The notes below the pieces were generated by a model. The model saw only the letters and a program-made list of their open reading frames with translations, had not been told where the DNA came from and did no database searches. Shown here piece by piece: positions 37,901-47,154 of a stretch of DNA of 64,000 nt. Made by a program: the position numbers and the translations under genes. This stretch comes from Caldisericota bacterium. Its GTDB lineage: Bacteria > Caldisericota > Caldisericia > JAAYUI01. Every line of letters starts with the position of its first letter. The stretch's first letter is position 1. The DNA lies in the NCBI GenBank assembly GCA_029548865.1, contig JAKPMO010000015.1, forward strand, positions 10,482-74,481. The letters are read 5' to 3'.

Positions 37901-38795
37901 ATAGGTTGCCATCATCACTGCCGAAATAGATTTTACCCTCGGCAATTGTTGGTGTTGTAAGTATCGGCCCTCCAGCAAGGTAGGTCCAGAGAGTTTTGCC
38001 AGTCTTCAAATCGAGGCAGTATAGCTTTTTGTCCCAGTTCCCAGCGTATATCTTGCCGGAAGCAACTGATATTGATGCTGGGGCATCAAATTCACTGCCT
38101 ACCCTTGCAGATTTCCAGAGCTGTTTGCCATTTGTCGCATCAAAACAATACATGCAATTGTCGTTTGATCCTATGACAATTTTCCCGCCAGCAATTGCTG
38201 GGGAAGCCTCAAAACCCACCTGGTTTTTTACCTTCCAGATGGCTTTTCCCGTTTTGGCATCCAGGCAATAAATGTAATTATCACCCTTGTTTGTCTTGTC
38301 ATTTGTTTTGCCGCAGGCTGCATAGAGCTTGCCCAAATAAACCAGGGGATTGGAGATGCTTGCGGATGACATTGTAAAAACCCAGAGCTGCTTCCCAGTT
38401 TTTGCATCAAGGCAATAGACCCTTTTGTCGGTGCAGGAAGCATAAACCCTGTCTGAATCATAACATATCCCGTTAAGGACCCCGCCTATCTTTGCTGACC
38501 AGGAGAGAGTCCCTTTCTCTGCATCTAGGCAATACATCTTGTTGTCCCACGAAGCCACATAAACCTTTCCAGAGACAACGAGTGGTGCACAGGTAACAGA
38601 ACCTCCTGTCATATATGACCAGCGCTTTACAAGGTCATTGTTTTCTGGCGCACACTCAGAAGGGAAAACCCCGTTATTGCCAAGGTCGAACTTGAACCTT
38701 GTGCAATCACAGCTGGCAGCAACGCCAGGGCCAGAAACAAAAACAGACGACATGACAATCAAAAGCGCAAGCGCCCTTGCAGTTATTTTTTTCAT
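34956..38795 (-). CDS. Giant secreted protein (1279 aa): three PQQ/BamB-like beta-propellers separated by Big_2-type Ig domains
   Basis: GGAG-N5-ATG. Signal peptide MKKITARALALLIVMSSVFVSGPGVAAS. Dozens of LYCLDAKTGK..W blades. Big_2-like PGQSILFTATVYNNYDEVMKDQKITWSL and PGETQQFTATVFDQFDQEMKDIQISW. Confidence 0.75.
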   Translation of the reverse strand: MKKITARALALLIVMSSVFVSGPGVAASCDCTRFKFDLGNNGVFPSECAPENNDLVKRWSYMTGGSVTCAPLVVSGKVYVASWDNKMYCLDAEKGTLSWSAKIGGVLNGICYDSDRVYASCTDKRVYCLDAKTGKQLWVFTMSSASISNPLVYLGKLYAACGKTNDKTNKGDNYIYCLDAKTGKAIWKVKNQVGFEASPAIAGGKIVIGSNDNCMYCFDATNGKQLWKSARVGSEFDAPASISVASGKIYAGNWDKKLYCLDLKTGKTLWTYLAGGPILTTPTIAEGKIYFGSDDGNLYCVDGSSKKLSWKYKTDGKINNSSPVYCAGKIYFGSYDNKLYCLDAKTGKELSSFETKDEVWSTPVICNKKIYFGSNDSNVYCLEARVEKPVKMTIKPKFAVLKPGQSILFTATVYNNYDEVMKDQKITWSLTDPKTGTLDYGGLFGAKSPGLTDIVATSGQLSARAKVYVYDEGLNLEKQGCDWPCFGGDPSRTSSTEADCGPKTDKLKILWKYNAKSPLTTQAISVDGMVFAGAQDGKFHCMDLETGAKIWEFKSGALAYTPVYWQGKLFAPSFDKKLYCLDAKTGKELWSFEAGGEIRTSPTIYQGKLYFGCGKVRDDNENNSGKNALYCLDVLTGKLVWENPNKIDFESSPTVADGKVFIGSSDDTYYCFDANTGDILWTIDSKNDFDGETTYFDGRIYFSTWDGIVRCVDPRSGDAIWTSEIDKAVFGPLAIRDGRIFAISTNKRMFCLSLVDGKVLYDVPMEGSSFYSVACYGNRVVLGDTGGLIKLLDASTGEEKFAYNVKGGKDFVYPSVCGGKILFTNTDGFLYCFVDDDTVEPEKPYPARLVVQPKESVLKPGETQQFTATVFDQFDQEMKDIQISWECSDAEIGSVDQNGLFTAIKDGECTVTATYLELSDTGKVKVLKIAKPEEVTCEWSQYRGNLQRNGVVPDGCGPDPAKTELIWSFETGDDIYSSPTISDGRVFVGSDDNHLYCLDLASGSKIWDFTATGRVFSPAVDSGRVYACSYDRNLYCLDAKTGNKIWSFMSQGPTFSSPVVWENRVYFGSKDHFMYCLDATTGKLLWKFEAPDQVDSSPALWEGKIYFGCEDKSLYCLDALTGKKIWDFKTGYMITSTPAIWNGKVYIGSDDKKLYCLDAQTGSQVWMFEAGGVLHYSSPAIWNGRVFVGATDSFLYCLDSETGKKLWTFRAEGWVTSPAVCGDKVWFGSQDYYFYCVDFNTGEKIWSFKTEGAVSSPAISNGHILAGSFDNKLYCFGAK

Positions 38796-38842
38796 TTATA
38801 CTCCACTATACGCTAGAGGGATGTATTTTGCCTGTATGTTTT

Positions 38843-39031
38843 TTAACAGCCAGGATCCACAAAATGCTTTTTAGATGATTCCATGGCAACATCAAGGTCA
38901 TCTAAGGCTTGCGACATCTCTTCGGCCAGATTTTTTGGCAAGACATTTAGATCGATTGCCTTTTTTATGGCCTCAGCGGCATAGTAAGCTGCATCAAAAA
39001 GCCTTTTGTGTGCTATTTCAAGTTTTTCCAT
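38843..39031 (-). CDS. Small (62 aa) helical protein of unknown function between two giant PQQ genes
   Basis: Strong AAAAGGAGG-N4-ATG ribosome-binding site. Acidic amphipathic sequence. Confidence 0.5.
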   Translation of the reverse strand: MEKLEIAHKRLFDAAYYAAEAIKKAIDLNVLPKNLAEEMSQALDDLDVAMESSKKHFVDPGC

Positions 39032-39077
39032 AATGCCTCCTTTTGGTAATTATAACCAAAAAGGGGCTGGCTTGATA

Positions 39078-42000
39078 TCACTTAATCATAATTGTTACTG
39101 GGAGCACGACAACTCTGTCATTCCACGCAATTTTTACAAGCCCATTGTTCGGGCCCTTCTGGGCTTTTTGCGGATCAATTGAAATATTAAAATTCACCTT
39201 TTCGCCACTCTTCATCTCAAAGGTTGCAGGTTTCACTGAGAAAAAGTCACCTTCTTTTGTGATGGAAACGGTGACCTTCTTTGCAATCCTGTTGGTCAGC
39301 GTTATTGGCATTATGGGCTCTCTGCCCTCTTCCACAAGCCCGAAATCAGCATTATCAGGTTCTACAGAAACTTCCCTGGTTGTTTCAGAGAAGCAGAACA
39401 ATGTCCCATCCTCTGAGATGATATAAAGCCTTCCCATGGAAATTATCGGGGAGGAAATGACCTCCTCCGGAAGTACCGCTGACCATATCTTCTCAGGGGA
39501 ACCGGCATCAATGCAAATTGCTTTTTTGTCCAGAGTGCCAAGGTAGACCTTCCCACCACAAACCACGGGTGAAGTCATAAAACCACCACTGGCTCGGTAC
39601 GACCACAGGTTTTTGCCAGTTTTCCCCTCAAGACATATGAGGAGAGAATCGGATGTTGCACAATAAATATTCCCTCCAAAAAATGAAGGCGAGTTCACAA
39701 CGCCAGTTTTGTATGTCCACATGTTGTAACCAGTCGCAACGTTCAAACAGTAAAACATCCCATTATGGCAACCAACATAGACCTTATCATCCTTGATGCA
39801 GGGAGTTGATTTTACCGGAGCTTTGCAATCATATGTCCAATATTTGGCGCCAGAAATGGCGTCAAGACAGTAAATCTTGCCATCCATAGAGCCAAAAATA
39901 ACCCTGTCCAGCTTTGAAAGCTTGCCTGATGTTTTTGTAAAGGAAACGGCCGGAGAAGAGCTGACAGCACCAGCAGTCTTATAGCTCCAAATCCTCTCGC
40001 CCGTCTTGGCATCGAGACAGTACATGTAGCCATCATTGCAACCAATATATGCCCTTGGTTTGTTGTCAAAATCACCCGTTATCACCGGAGATGACTGGAA
40101 ACCAGATGGCCCTTCAAATTTCCACAGCAATGAGCCATCTTCCCAATCGACACAATACACGTTTGAATCATTGGAGCCAAAATAAATCCTTTTTTCAAAT
40201 ATCGCCGGTGAGGAATAGATCGGCCCTCCAGTTTCGAAATTCCATATCTCCTTGCCATTCTCTGCATCATAGCAATAGAGGTTGCCATCCATGCAACCAA
40301 CAAAAAGCCTGCCGTCAAAGGTTGCTGGAGAAGACTCCACCATGTCCCTCATCTTTACAGAGAATATTTTTACAAGCTCTGTAGCTGCAGGGGCACATCC
40401 GTCAAATTCAAAACCTGTTCTGGCCGGGTTCCTCTTGAAACAAATCCACTCACAACCCGAAGCTTCTTCATCCTGGTCTTCTCCTGAGATGTAGACCCTG
40501 ACATCAATTTGGTCTTCATAATCTCCAGATTTCAGTTTTATCTGTCCCCAATAGTTGCCTTGGTCTGTAATGCCATCTGCCGTGAGGCCAATTTTTACAA
40601 TGTATTTGCTCTTTGGGGCAATGACAAGTGTTTTGTTTGATAGCACAAACCACGTTGAGGCCGTGGAGAGTTCCACAACCATCTCTTCCTCGGAGGTGTT
40701 GCCAACCTCAAGCATGATGGGGTCTGGGGAACCATAGAGGTCATAAGATTGGATCGAGCCAAAATCAACTTTCTTTGGCTCAATTGTTAAAGTTTCCTTG
40801 GTATCAGAAAGGCAATAAACCTGCTTATCATAAGAACCAAAGATGATATTGCCTTTATAAATGATAGCTTCAGATTTTATCGAATCCTGACATTTGAAGG
40901 ACCAGAGTTTTTCGCCTGTAAATGAATCTAGGCAATAGATGGATTTGTCTTGCGAAGGAACAATGACCTTTTTCCCATAGATTGAGGGTGAAGCAGTGAC
41001 ATAATTCCCAGTGACAAACTCCCATTTCTTCTTGCCATCTGACTGGGCAAGGCAGGTCACGGAGCCATCATTGGAGCCAAAATAAACTTGGCCTTCAGAG
41101 ACCGACGGAGAGGATTGTATCTGGCTCTTTGCTTCATAAATCCATACTCTTTTGCCAGTTGTTACCTCTATGCAATAAACCATCTTTTCTCTTGTTGCAA
41201 AAAAGAGCTTGTTGGCTTCATATGCTGCGGTTGCAATCTCTCCTTTGGCTGTGAATGTCCAGAGAATGCTGCCTGATTCCGTCGCAAGGCAGTAGAGTTT
41301 CCCGTCGCTTCCACCAAAGCATATCCTGTTCATGCAAATGGTCCCAGAAGTTACAATCGGCGAAAGTTCGTCTGATTTCCACAGGAGCTTGCCTGTATTG
41401 ACAGCAAGGCAATAAACATACTCATCTTTCGAACCAAAAAACACCCTGTCATCAATTATCATGGGATTGGAGAGGATGTCTCCTTCAGTCTGAAACTCCC
41501 ACAATTTTTTTCCAGACTCGGTGTCCATGCAATAAAGCATCTCCTGGGCACCAATTATTGTATAATCCATTGTTGCAGACGGTGATGAAGTAATGTATTT
41601 GTCCAGTTCAGTGTTCCACACTACAGAGCCATTTTCGACCAGTAAACAGGAAATCATCTTTCCCCATGTTGGGCCAGCTATTATCCAATCACCCACAACA
41701 CAAGGAGAATTCCCAAAAGGCTGACTAAAACCTGTTGACCAGATTTTTGCCACAGAGTCAGTCAAGGGGCCGCACTCTGCGCCTGTAGATCCAGTCCTTT
41801 GCGGATTTGCCTTGCTGTTCCCCCAGCCGCAGCCTTTGAATTCGGCATTCAACTCATAAAGAACATAAGCTTTCGCAAGCACTATACTCTGGCTTGAACC
41901 CCAGACAAGCTTTATCGATGCCCTTTGCATTCCAACATCTGTGATTTTCTCCCAGTCAATGGAGGCGGTGATTGTTTTTTCTTCACCAGGAATTAGCGAA

Positions 42001-43256
42001 ATAGCGGTATTATCAAGCTTGAGCCATGATTTATTGATGGTTAGTATAACCGTCTGGTCTTTCTCTGTTTTATTTTTTATGATCAGTGAAACTGATTTTT
42101 GCTCACCTTTGGACATCTCGCCAAAGTTTATGTTTTCTGGTTTTATTTCAATTTCCGGGCTGATATCACCCAAACAGTAGAGGTTACCATCCAGAGAACC
42201 TGCAAGTACTCTGTCTGTGGCAATGCTTGCTTGGCACATGGAACCTTTTGCCTGGAAGACTGAGAGTTTTTCACCAGTCTCTGAGTCAAGGCAGCAGATT
42301 GTACTGCCCACACCGACATAAACCTTGGAACTAACAAGAGTGCATGTTGTGACTTGCATTTTAGGCTCGGTATAACGCCAGATCTCTTCCATTGTATTTT
42401 TGTCCAGGCAAAAGATATTGTCGCCAGAACCAACGTAAAGGTAGTCGCCCATGAGCGCCGGAGAGGTCCTGACGGTGGCGCCGGTTTGAAACTGTGCAAG
42501 GAGCTGGCCAGTTTCAGATTCTAGGCAATAAACGTTGCCATCATCACTGCCAAAATATATCTTGTTGTTTTGGGCGGCAACTGAAGAATAGATGCTGCCA
42601 TCAGTCTTGAATGACCAGAACAGCTTGCCGGTCTCGGAATCTACGGCATAAAGGGAATGGTCTTTTGACCCAAAATAAACCTTGTTTAAAAAAACCAGTG
42701 GACTTGAAATAATGCCATCCTTTGTCTCAAACTTCCATTTGAGCTCGCCAAGGCTTGCACCGACACAATAAAGATACCTGCCAAGGCAGCCAAAATAACA
42801 ATTTGTCCCATATACTGTCGGGCTTGAAATAATACCGCCCCTTGCCTTGAAACTCCAGAGTTTGTCTCCATTTGATGCGTTCAAACAGTACATATTGTGA
42901 TCTTGCGAGCCAAAATAAACCATCTTGCCGGTGGCATAAGGCTGGGATCTCATCTCCGACTCGGTTTCAAATTTCCACTTTTCCTCACCTGTTTCAGGAT
43001 CAAGGCAATACAGCCTGTGATCTGTTGATGGAATGTATATACTATCGCCATCATAGGAGGCAGAACAAAGGACTGGCCCTTTTGTCTCGAACTTCCAGAA
43101 GAGACCCAGATTGTTTCCCTGTGGGCCGCAATCAGAATAGAAGTTATGCCTGCTGTTGCCACCATAGCACGGCCAGCTGCATCCTTCACCTGAAGCTTTC
43201 CAGTAAAAACCCAGCGCAATGACAAGAGCACAACCCAGAGCAATCAGCTTCTTCAC
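39078..43256 (-). CDS. Giant secreted protein (~1392 aa): multiple PQQ/BamB-like beta-propellers plus DUF1573/ASH-like Ig domains
   Basis: GGGAGG-N5-GTG start gives VKKLIALGCALVIALGFYWKASG, a signal peptide. Propeller blade repeats run throughout. PapD-like domains (NINFGEMSKGEQKSVSLIIKN, VDFGSIQSYDL..., DNADFGLVEEGREPIMPITLTN). Confidence 0.7.
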   Translation of the reverse strand: MKKLIALGCALVIALGFYWKASGEGCSWPCYGGNSRHNFYSDCGPQGNNLGLFWKFETKGPVLCSASYDGDSIYIPSTDHRLYCLDPETGEEKWKFETESEMRSQPYATGKMVYFGSQDHNMYCLNASNGDKLWSFKARGGIISSPTVYGTNCYFGCLGRYLYCVGASLGELKWKFETKDGIISSPLVFLNKVYFGSKDHSLYAVDSETGKLFWSFKTDGSIYSSVAAQNNKIYFGSDDGNVYCLESETGQLLAQFQTGATVRTSPALMGDYLYVGSGDNIFCLDKNTMEEIWRYTEPKMQVTTCTLVSSKVYVGVGSTICCLDSETGEKLSVFQAKGSMCQASIATDRVLAGSLDGNLYCLGDISPEIEIKPENINFGEMSKGEQKSVSLIIKNKTEKDQTVILTINKSWLKLDNTAISLIPGEEKTITASIDWEKITDVGMQRASIKLVWGSSQSIVLAKAYVLYELNAEFKGCGWGNSKANPQRTGSTGAECGPLTDSVAKIWSTGFSQPFGNSPCVVGDWIIAGPTWGKMISCLLVENGSVVWNTELDKYITSSPSATMDYTIIGAQEMLYCMDTESGKKLWEFQTEGDILSNPMIIDDRVFFGSKDEYVYCLAVNTGKLLWKSDELSPIVTSGTICMNRICFGGSDGKLYCLATESGSILWTFTAKGEIATAAYEANKLFFATREKMVYCIEVTTGKRVWIYEAKSQIQSSPSVSEGQVYFGSNDGSVTCLAQSDGKKKWEFVTGNYVTASPSIYGKKVIVPSQDKSIYCLDSFTGEKLWSFKCQDSIKSEAIIYKGNIIFGSYDKQVYCLSDTKETLTIEPKKVDFGSIQSYDLYGSPDPIMLEVGNTSEEEMVVELSTASTWFVLSNKTLVIAPKSKYIVKIGLTADGITDQGNYWGQIKLKSGDYEDQIDVRVYISGEDQDEEASGCEWICFKRNPARTGFEFDGCAPAATELVKIFSVKMRDMVESSPATFDGRLFVGCMDGNLYCYDAENGKEIWNFETGGPIYSSPAIFEKRIYFGSNDSNVYCVDWEDGSLLWKFEGPSGFQSSPVITGDFDNKPRAYIGCNDGYMYCLDAKTGERIWSYKTAGAVSSSPAVSFTKTSGKLSKLDRVIFGSMDGKIYCLDAISGAKYWTYDCKAPVKSTPCIKDDKVYVGCHNGMFYCLNVATGYNMWTYKTGVVNSPSFFGGNIYCATSDSLLICLEGKTGKNLWSYRASGGFMTSPVVCGGKVYLGTLDKKAICIDAGSPEKIWSAVLPEEVISSPIISMGRLYIISEDGTLFCFSETTREVSVEPDNADFGLVEEGREPIMPITLTNRIAKKVTVSITKEGDFFSVKPATFEMKSGEKVNFNISIDPQKAQKGPNNGLVKIAWNDRVVVLPVTIMIK

Positions 43257-43453
43257 CAAAACCTCCCAGGCAGCAAATGATAGAAAAAGTTTGTATCTAA
43301 AAATCCATACGTTCCAAAAAGCGTTTCGGTTCAATTGGTATGATATTTGACTGGAAGATAAATTAGAAGGTGCATCACTGCACAAAAACAATGAAAACTC
43401 GGGTGGTTGCCCGAAAGAGTATTCGGATTATGATTTCTGGCAAGGAGGAACAA

Positions 43454-44296
43454 ATGCCATTTGAAATGCCGGAAGCAATTGTCATCTCGGGACAAATAAA
43501 CGATATCTTATCAAAGAGCACCCATAAAGTCAGTTCTGTAGAGTATATGAACACTGACTCGCTGGAGAGGCAGGGGTTCACAAATAAAACGAGCTCCGAA
43601 AGCGAAAAAATACTTAAAGGGCACAAACTCACAAAAGCCTATAGCAAGGGAAAGTGGATATTCATCGAAACTGACGACGGCCATTACCTGCTCTCCACCA
43701 TGGAAACTGCAGGCAAAATTCTCTATTTCAGGGATGGCGGCAAACCGGCCGGCAAATGGAGTGTCGGGATCGGTTTTGAAAATGGCTCAAAACTATATTA
43801 CACAATCGTTGGCTGGGGTTTCTTCAAAATAGTTGACGAGCAAGAGCTGGCAACACACGCCTACCCCGGAAAACTGGGGCTCAATCCGCTGGACAAAAAA
43901 GAATTCACGCCCGAGGCCCTATCTGCTCTCCTGGATGAGCACAAAAAAACCATAAAAGAATTTTTCACGGGTCAGCGCGGTGTCGCAGGTATTGGAAATG
44001 GCTATCTTCAAGATGTGCTCTTCCTGTCAGGGATACACCCGAAGAGAAAAACCAGCCTGTTGACGAAGGAAGAAAAAACAGCCCTTTTCAAGGCATGCAA
44101 ATCGGTCATGGAAGAGGCCATCGCAAAACACGGCAGATTGGCAGAGAGTGACCTCTTCGACAAACCAGGCAACTACGTCCCGATTCTAAACAAGGAAACG
44201 CTTGGTGCGCCCTGCCAAAACTGTGGCACTCCAATAGAAAAAGCCGCAATTGCCGGGTCTGCCTCGTACTTTTGCCCAAAGTGCCAGAAGATTTGA
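43454..44296 (+). CDS. Fpg/Nei-family DNA glycosylase (formamidopyrimidine-DNA glycosylase-like)
   Basis: AGGAGG-N5-ATG. N-terminal MP... (Pro2). H2TH region. C-terminal zinc finger CQNCGTPIEKAAIAGSASYFCPKCQ (CxxC-N16-CxxC). Confidence 0.75.
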   Translation: MPFEMPEAIVISGQINDILSKSTHKVSSVEYMNTDSLERQGFTNKTSSESEKILKGHKLTKAYSKGKWIFIETDDGHYLLSTMETAGKILYFRDGGKPAGKWSVGIGFENGSKLYYTIVGWGFFKIVDEQELATHAYPGKLGLNPLDKKEFTPEALSALLDEHKKTIKEFFTGQRGVAGIGNGYLQDVLFLSGIHPKRKTSLLTKEEKTALFKACKSVMEEAIAKHGRLAESDLFDKPGNYVPILNKETLGAPCQNCGTPIEKAAIAGSASYFCPKCQKI

Positions 44297-44316
44297 TTTT
44301 TTGTATCTTCTAAACC

Positions 44317-45006
44317 CTACCAGATATACGGAACAAATCTGTACCGGGTTTTCTGACAATACTCAACATAGCCAGGCAGATTTTTGGACAAAAACTTCTC
44401 CTCCTCCACTGCTCTCCAGGCAACCACAAGAATGATCGGTACAACAAAAAACAGCGCCCAGTAGGAGCCAAGTGCAAGCGGTGTTGCAATAAAAACAAGT
44501 ATTGCACCAGAATACATGGGGTGGCGGACAATGGCATAAGGGCCTGTAGAAATGACTTTCTGGTCCTTTATGGTTTCGATAATGGCCGATGTGTAGGTGT
44601 TTGTTTTGAAGACAACGAAAACGATTATGTAGGCAACAACTAGAAGCAGGTTGCCAATGACAGGAACATACCAGGGGGCCATGGAAAAACCATAACGGTG
44701 ATCAAACCCAGGAAACAATATTGTTCCGGAAAAAACTAATGTTGAAAAGGTCTGGATTATTCTCTGGCTTTTTTCCTTCTCGGAAAATGGCCCCCTGCGG
44801 AGCCTTCGTTTTAGCAGTTCCGGGTCATTTCTCAGCAGGTAGAGCGTGACAAGCAGGACAAGGACAAAATAGATGGAAATATAGACCCAGCCTTCCCAGT
44901 AAGCAAGCGACCACGCCGGCAAAAAGATTGCCAGTCCCATGATCACGAGGAACAGGGCAAAGTACAGCAGTGTTTTTTTGGCCAGAATGGCAGTTTCTCT
45001 GTTCAT
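44317..45006 (-). CDS. Isoprenylcysteine carboxyl methyltransferase (ICMT)/phospholipid methyltransferase family membrane protein
   Basis: Multi-TM. C-terminal IVRHPMYSGAILVFIATPLALGSYWALF...EEKFL motif. Confidence 0.75.
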   Translation of the reverse strand: MNRETAILAKKTLLYFALFLVIMGLAIFLPAWSLAYWEGWVYISIYFVLVLLVTLYLLRNDPELLKRRLRRGPFSEKEKSQRIIQTFSTLVFSGTILFPGFDHRYGFSMAPWYVPVIGNLLLVVAYIIVFVVFKTNTYTSAIIETIKDQKVISTGPYAIVRHPMYSGAILVFIATPLALGSYWALFFVVPIILVVAWRAVEEEKFLSKNLPGYVEYCQKTRYRFVPYIW

Positions 45007-45016
45007 GGGGCCAAAA

Positions 45017-45478
45017 CTACTTTGTTTTTAGCAGGCTTTTTATAGATTTTGCCCACTCGACAGACTTTTCCACCTCACCATCAAAAAGCGGGCCCTCTCT
45101 GCCTTTGACATAAAACATCTGCGGCTTGGAAACAATTTCAGCACCGGCCACCTCGAGCCTTTCCGAGATCTTTCTGGCCGCGTCCCCGTGGATGAATATT
45201 TTCACTCTCGTGTCAAAAGCCACTGCTTTGGTGCCCTTTAGCTGTTCCTTGGCCAGGCCATTGAGAAACGCCTCCATCTTCTCAGAAGGTTTCCAGCCAA
45301 TGATCGGACTGCCGACAACAAGCAAATCCAGCCCCTTCAATTCGGAAGCGCCAACGCTGGAGGCCTGCACCGCCTTTGCCCCGCTCCCGAGCTCCTTTGC
45401 AATCGCCTCTGCGATTGTTTTCGTGTTCCCAAAAGTTGTGTCAAAAATAACCAAGGCCTTGATTGATTTCTTCTCCAT
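45017..45478 (-). CDS. Flavodoxin-like protein
   Basis: N-terminal KALVIFDTTFGNTKTIAEAIAKEL, a flavodoxin FMN-binding loop. Confidence 0.7.
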   Translation of the reverse strand: MEKKSIKALVIFDTTFGNTKTIAEAIAKELGSGAKAVQASSVGASELKGLDLLVVGSPIIGWKPSEKMEAFLNGLAKEQLKGTKAVAFDTRVKIFIHGDAARKISERLEVAGAEIVSKPQMFYVKGREGPLFDGEVEKSVEWAKSIKSLLKTK

Positions 45479-45607
45479 CCGGTCACCCTGCCTTTCGCAA
45501 TGCCTGTTTACCCATATATTTAGTCAAATCGCTACTTAATGCAAACCCTTGAAACCATTGTGCGATTTTTTGTTTCCGGGCCTTGGTGGTGCTACTTCCC
45601 AAAACCC

Positions 45608-46957
45608 TTACGAATCAGAACTCCCAGTCAGCCTCACCACGGTGGCGCCGCCACAGTTTTTTGTGCACAGCTTGTTGTTTGACCGGTGCATGTCCAGGCG
45701 GGCGCGCCCGAGGGTGCGGTGCCAGCGCCCAACCGGCACGCAGTCTGCATACGGGATCTTTACATACTGTGCGAGGCACCAAAGGGCATTTTCATCAATG
45801 ATGTCGTTGCTTACCTCGCCGGTCTCCTCAAGGCGGGAGATGAACCTCACAATAAAGTCCTCGAGTGTGTTTCCAGTTTCGCCCTGATAGGCGCGGCCCT
45901 GCAAGATGCTCCTGTATTCATTCGGTGAAAATCCTATCTCAAGCTGTTTTCTTCCGGCAACAATCTTGCCTTCACCCTGGCCGGGCATGATGGGCAAGCT
46001 CTCCGAGAGCCCAACGGACCAGCCAGGAACAGCACAAATCCGCCTGTTGGCAATCACTTCCAGTTTGGTCTGCCCGCGGTGGCTGACCAAGTACTCCTCC
46101 GGAAAATAGACAAGCCCGTCAGTGTCCAGGACTTCTTTCAGGGTCTCCCAAATCCAGACGTGTTTTTCCTTGTTGACGCGGACTGGCACGAGAGGATCAA
46201 AAGGGCCTCGCCTGGTGCGGAAAATTTTTCCTTCCGCCATGCGCCTGAGGATTGTCGCCCTCATCAAGTCGGCAAGAAAAAGCACCGGGGCCGCCATTGG
46301 AACAAGCTCCAGTCGGTCAAAACCCTGGGGAAATTTCTTTTCCACCAGCTCTCTGTTGCCAGAGAAAAGCCCCAGAACCTGCCCAAGCGTTGGCACCGGG
46401 TACTCTTTCCCGTCAATCCCAATCGCACCAATACTTCCCGATTTAGGGAGAGGCCCAATGACACCGGATTTTGCCAAGGTTTCGATGCAACGGGTGTACT
46501 CTTTTTCAACAGGAAATTTGCATGGTGTCTTAATGGCAAAAGCAAGAGCTGGAGCGTTTCTTTTTTGCGTCTTGGGCACAGACTTCTTCTTGCTTTCAGC
46601 CTCCTGCCTGTCCTCTTCTACTCTGAATTCCACAATTTTCTTCACGATGTCAAATGGTATCGGCCTGTCAAAGGGGAACTGGACGGCCCCCTTTGATTGT
46701 TTGTAGGATGAGAGCTCTTTTTTGAAAACAATGATCGGCGAGGATGTCGGATAGAAACCGATATGGTTTTTGTGGGCCGCAAAATAGACCAGGACCTTGT
46801 TCAGCTTGAATGCCGGCATCTGGTAGCTTATCACTTCTTTGGCCCCAGGTGCGGCATTCTTTATCACTTCCCGCATTTTCTCAAGTAGAAGGCGGGTCTC
46901 CTCCGGAAAGCTGGAGATGTATTCATCAATGCTTTTTGGCTTCTCGCTGTTTTGCAT
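45608..46957 (-). CDS. DUF1801 (YdhG-like) domain fused to a ~320-aa C-terminal domain of unknown function
   Basis: N-terminal IDEYISSFPEETRLLLEKMREVI...ISYQMPAF...HIGFYPT is the canonical DUF1801 pattern. The remainder is unrecognised. Confidence 0.55.
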   Translation of the reverse strand: MQNSEKPKSIDEYISSFPEETRLLLEKMREVIKNAAPGAKEVISYQMPAFKLNKVLVYFAAHKNHIGFYPTSSPIIVFKKELSSYKQSKGAVQFPFDRPIPFDIVKKIVEFRVEEDRQEAESKKKSVPKTQKRNAPALAFAIKTPCKFPVEKEYTRCIETLAKSGVIGPLPKSGSIGAIGIDGKEYPVPTLGQVLGLFSGNRELVEKKFPQGFDRLELVPMAAPVLFLADLMRATILRRMAEGKIFRTRRGPFDPLVPVRVNKEKHVWIWETLKEVLDTDGLVYFPEEYLVSHRGQTKLEVIANRRICAVPGWSVGLSESLPIMPGQGEGKIVAGRKQLEIGFSPNEYRSILQGRAYQGETGNTLEDFIVRFISRLEETGEVSNDIIDENALWCLAQYVKIPYADCVPVGRWHRTLGRARLDMHRSNNKLCTKNCGGATVVRLTGSSDS

Positions 46958-47154
46958 CTTTTTGCCTCACTCCAATTATTAGCCCTTTTGAGCACGGTGC
47001 GCAACATCTCCAGAACCAGATATTTTTTGATTTTTCCTTTTTTGTGGCAACAAAGACAAACAGTCTTTGGAGACTTTTTCAAAGACAACAGAAAAAAGCA
47101 GCAGGCCCTATGCAATTTTGCTTCAATCAAAAATGAACGCCAGAAAAAAGCGAA

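Noticed and set aside
39078-43391. TTG start at 43391 for the largest PQQ protein (N-terminal extension MFLCSDAPSNLSSSQISYQLNRNAFW...)
   Set aside because: The extension has no ribosome-binding site and is non-signal-like. GGGAGG-N5-GTG at 43256 yields an immediate signal peptide (VKKLIALGCALVIALG...), so the shorter model was chosen.
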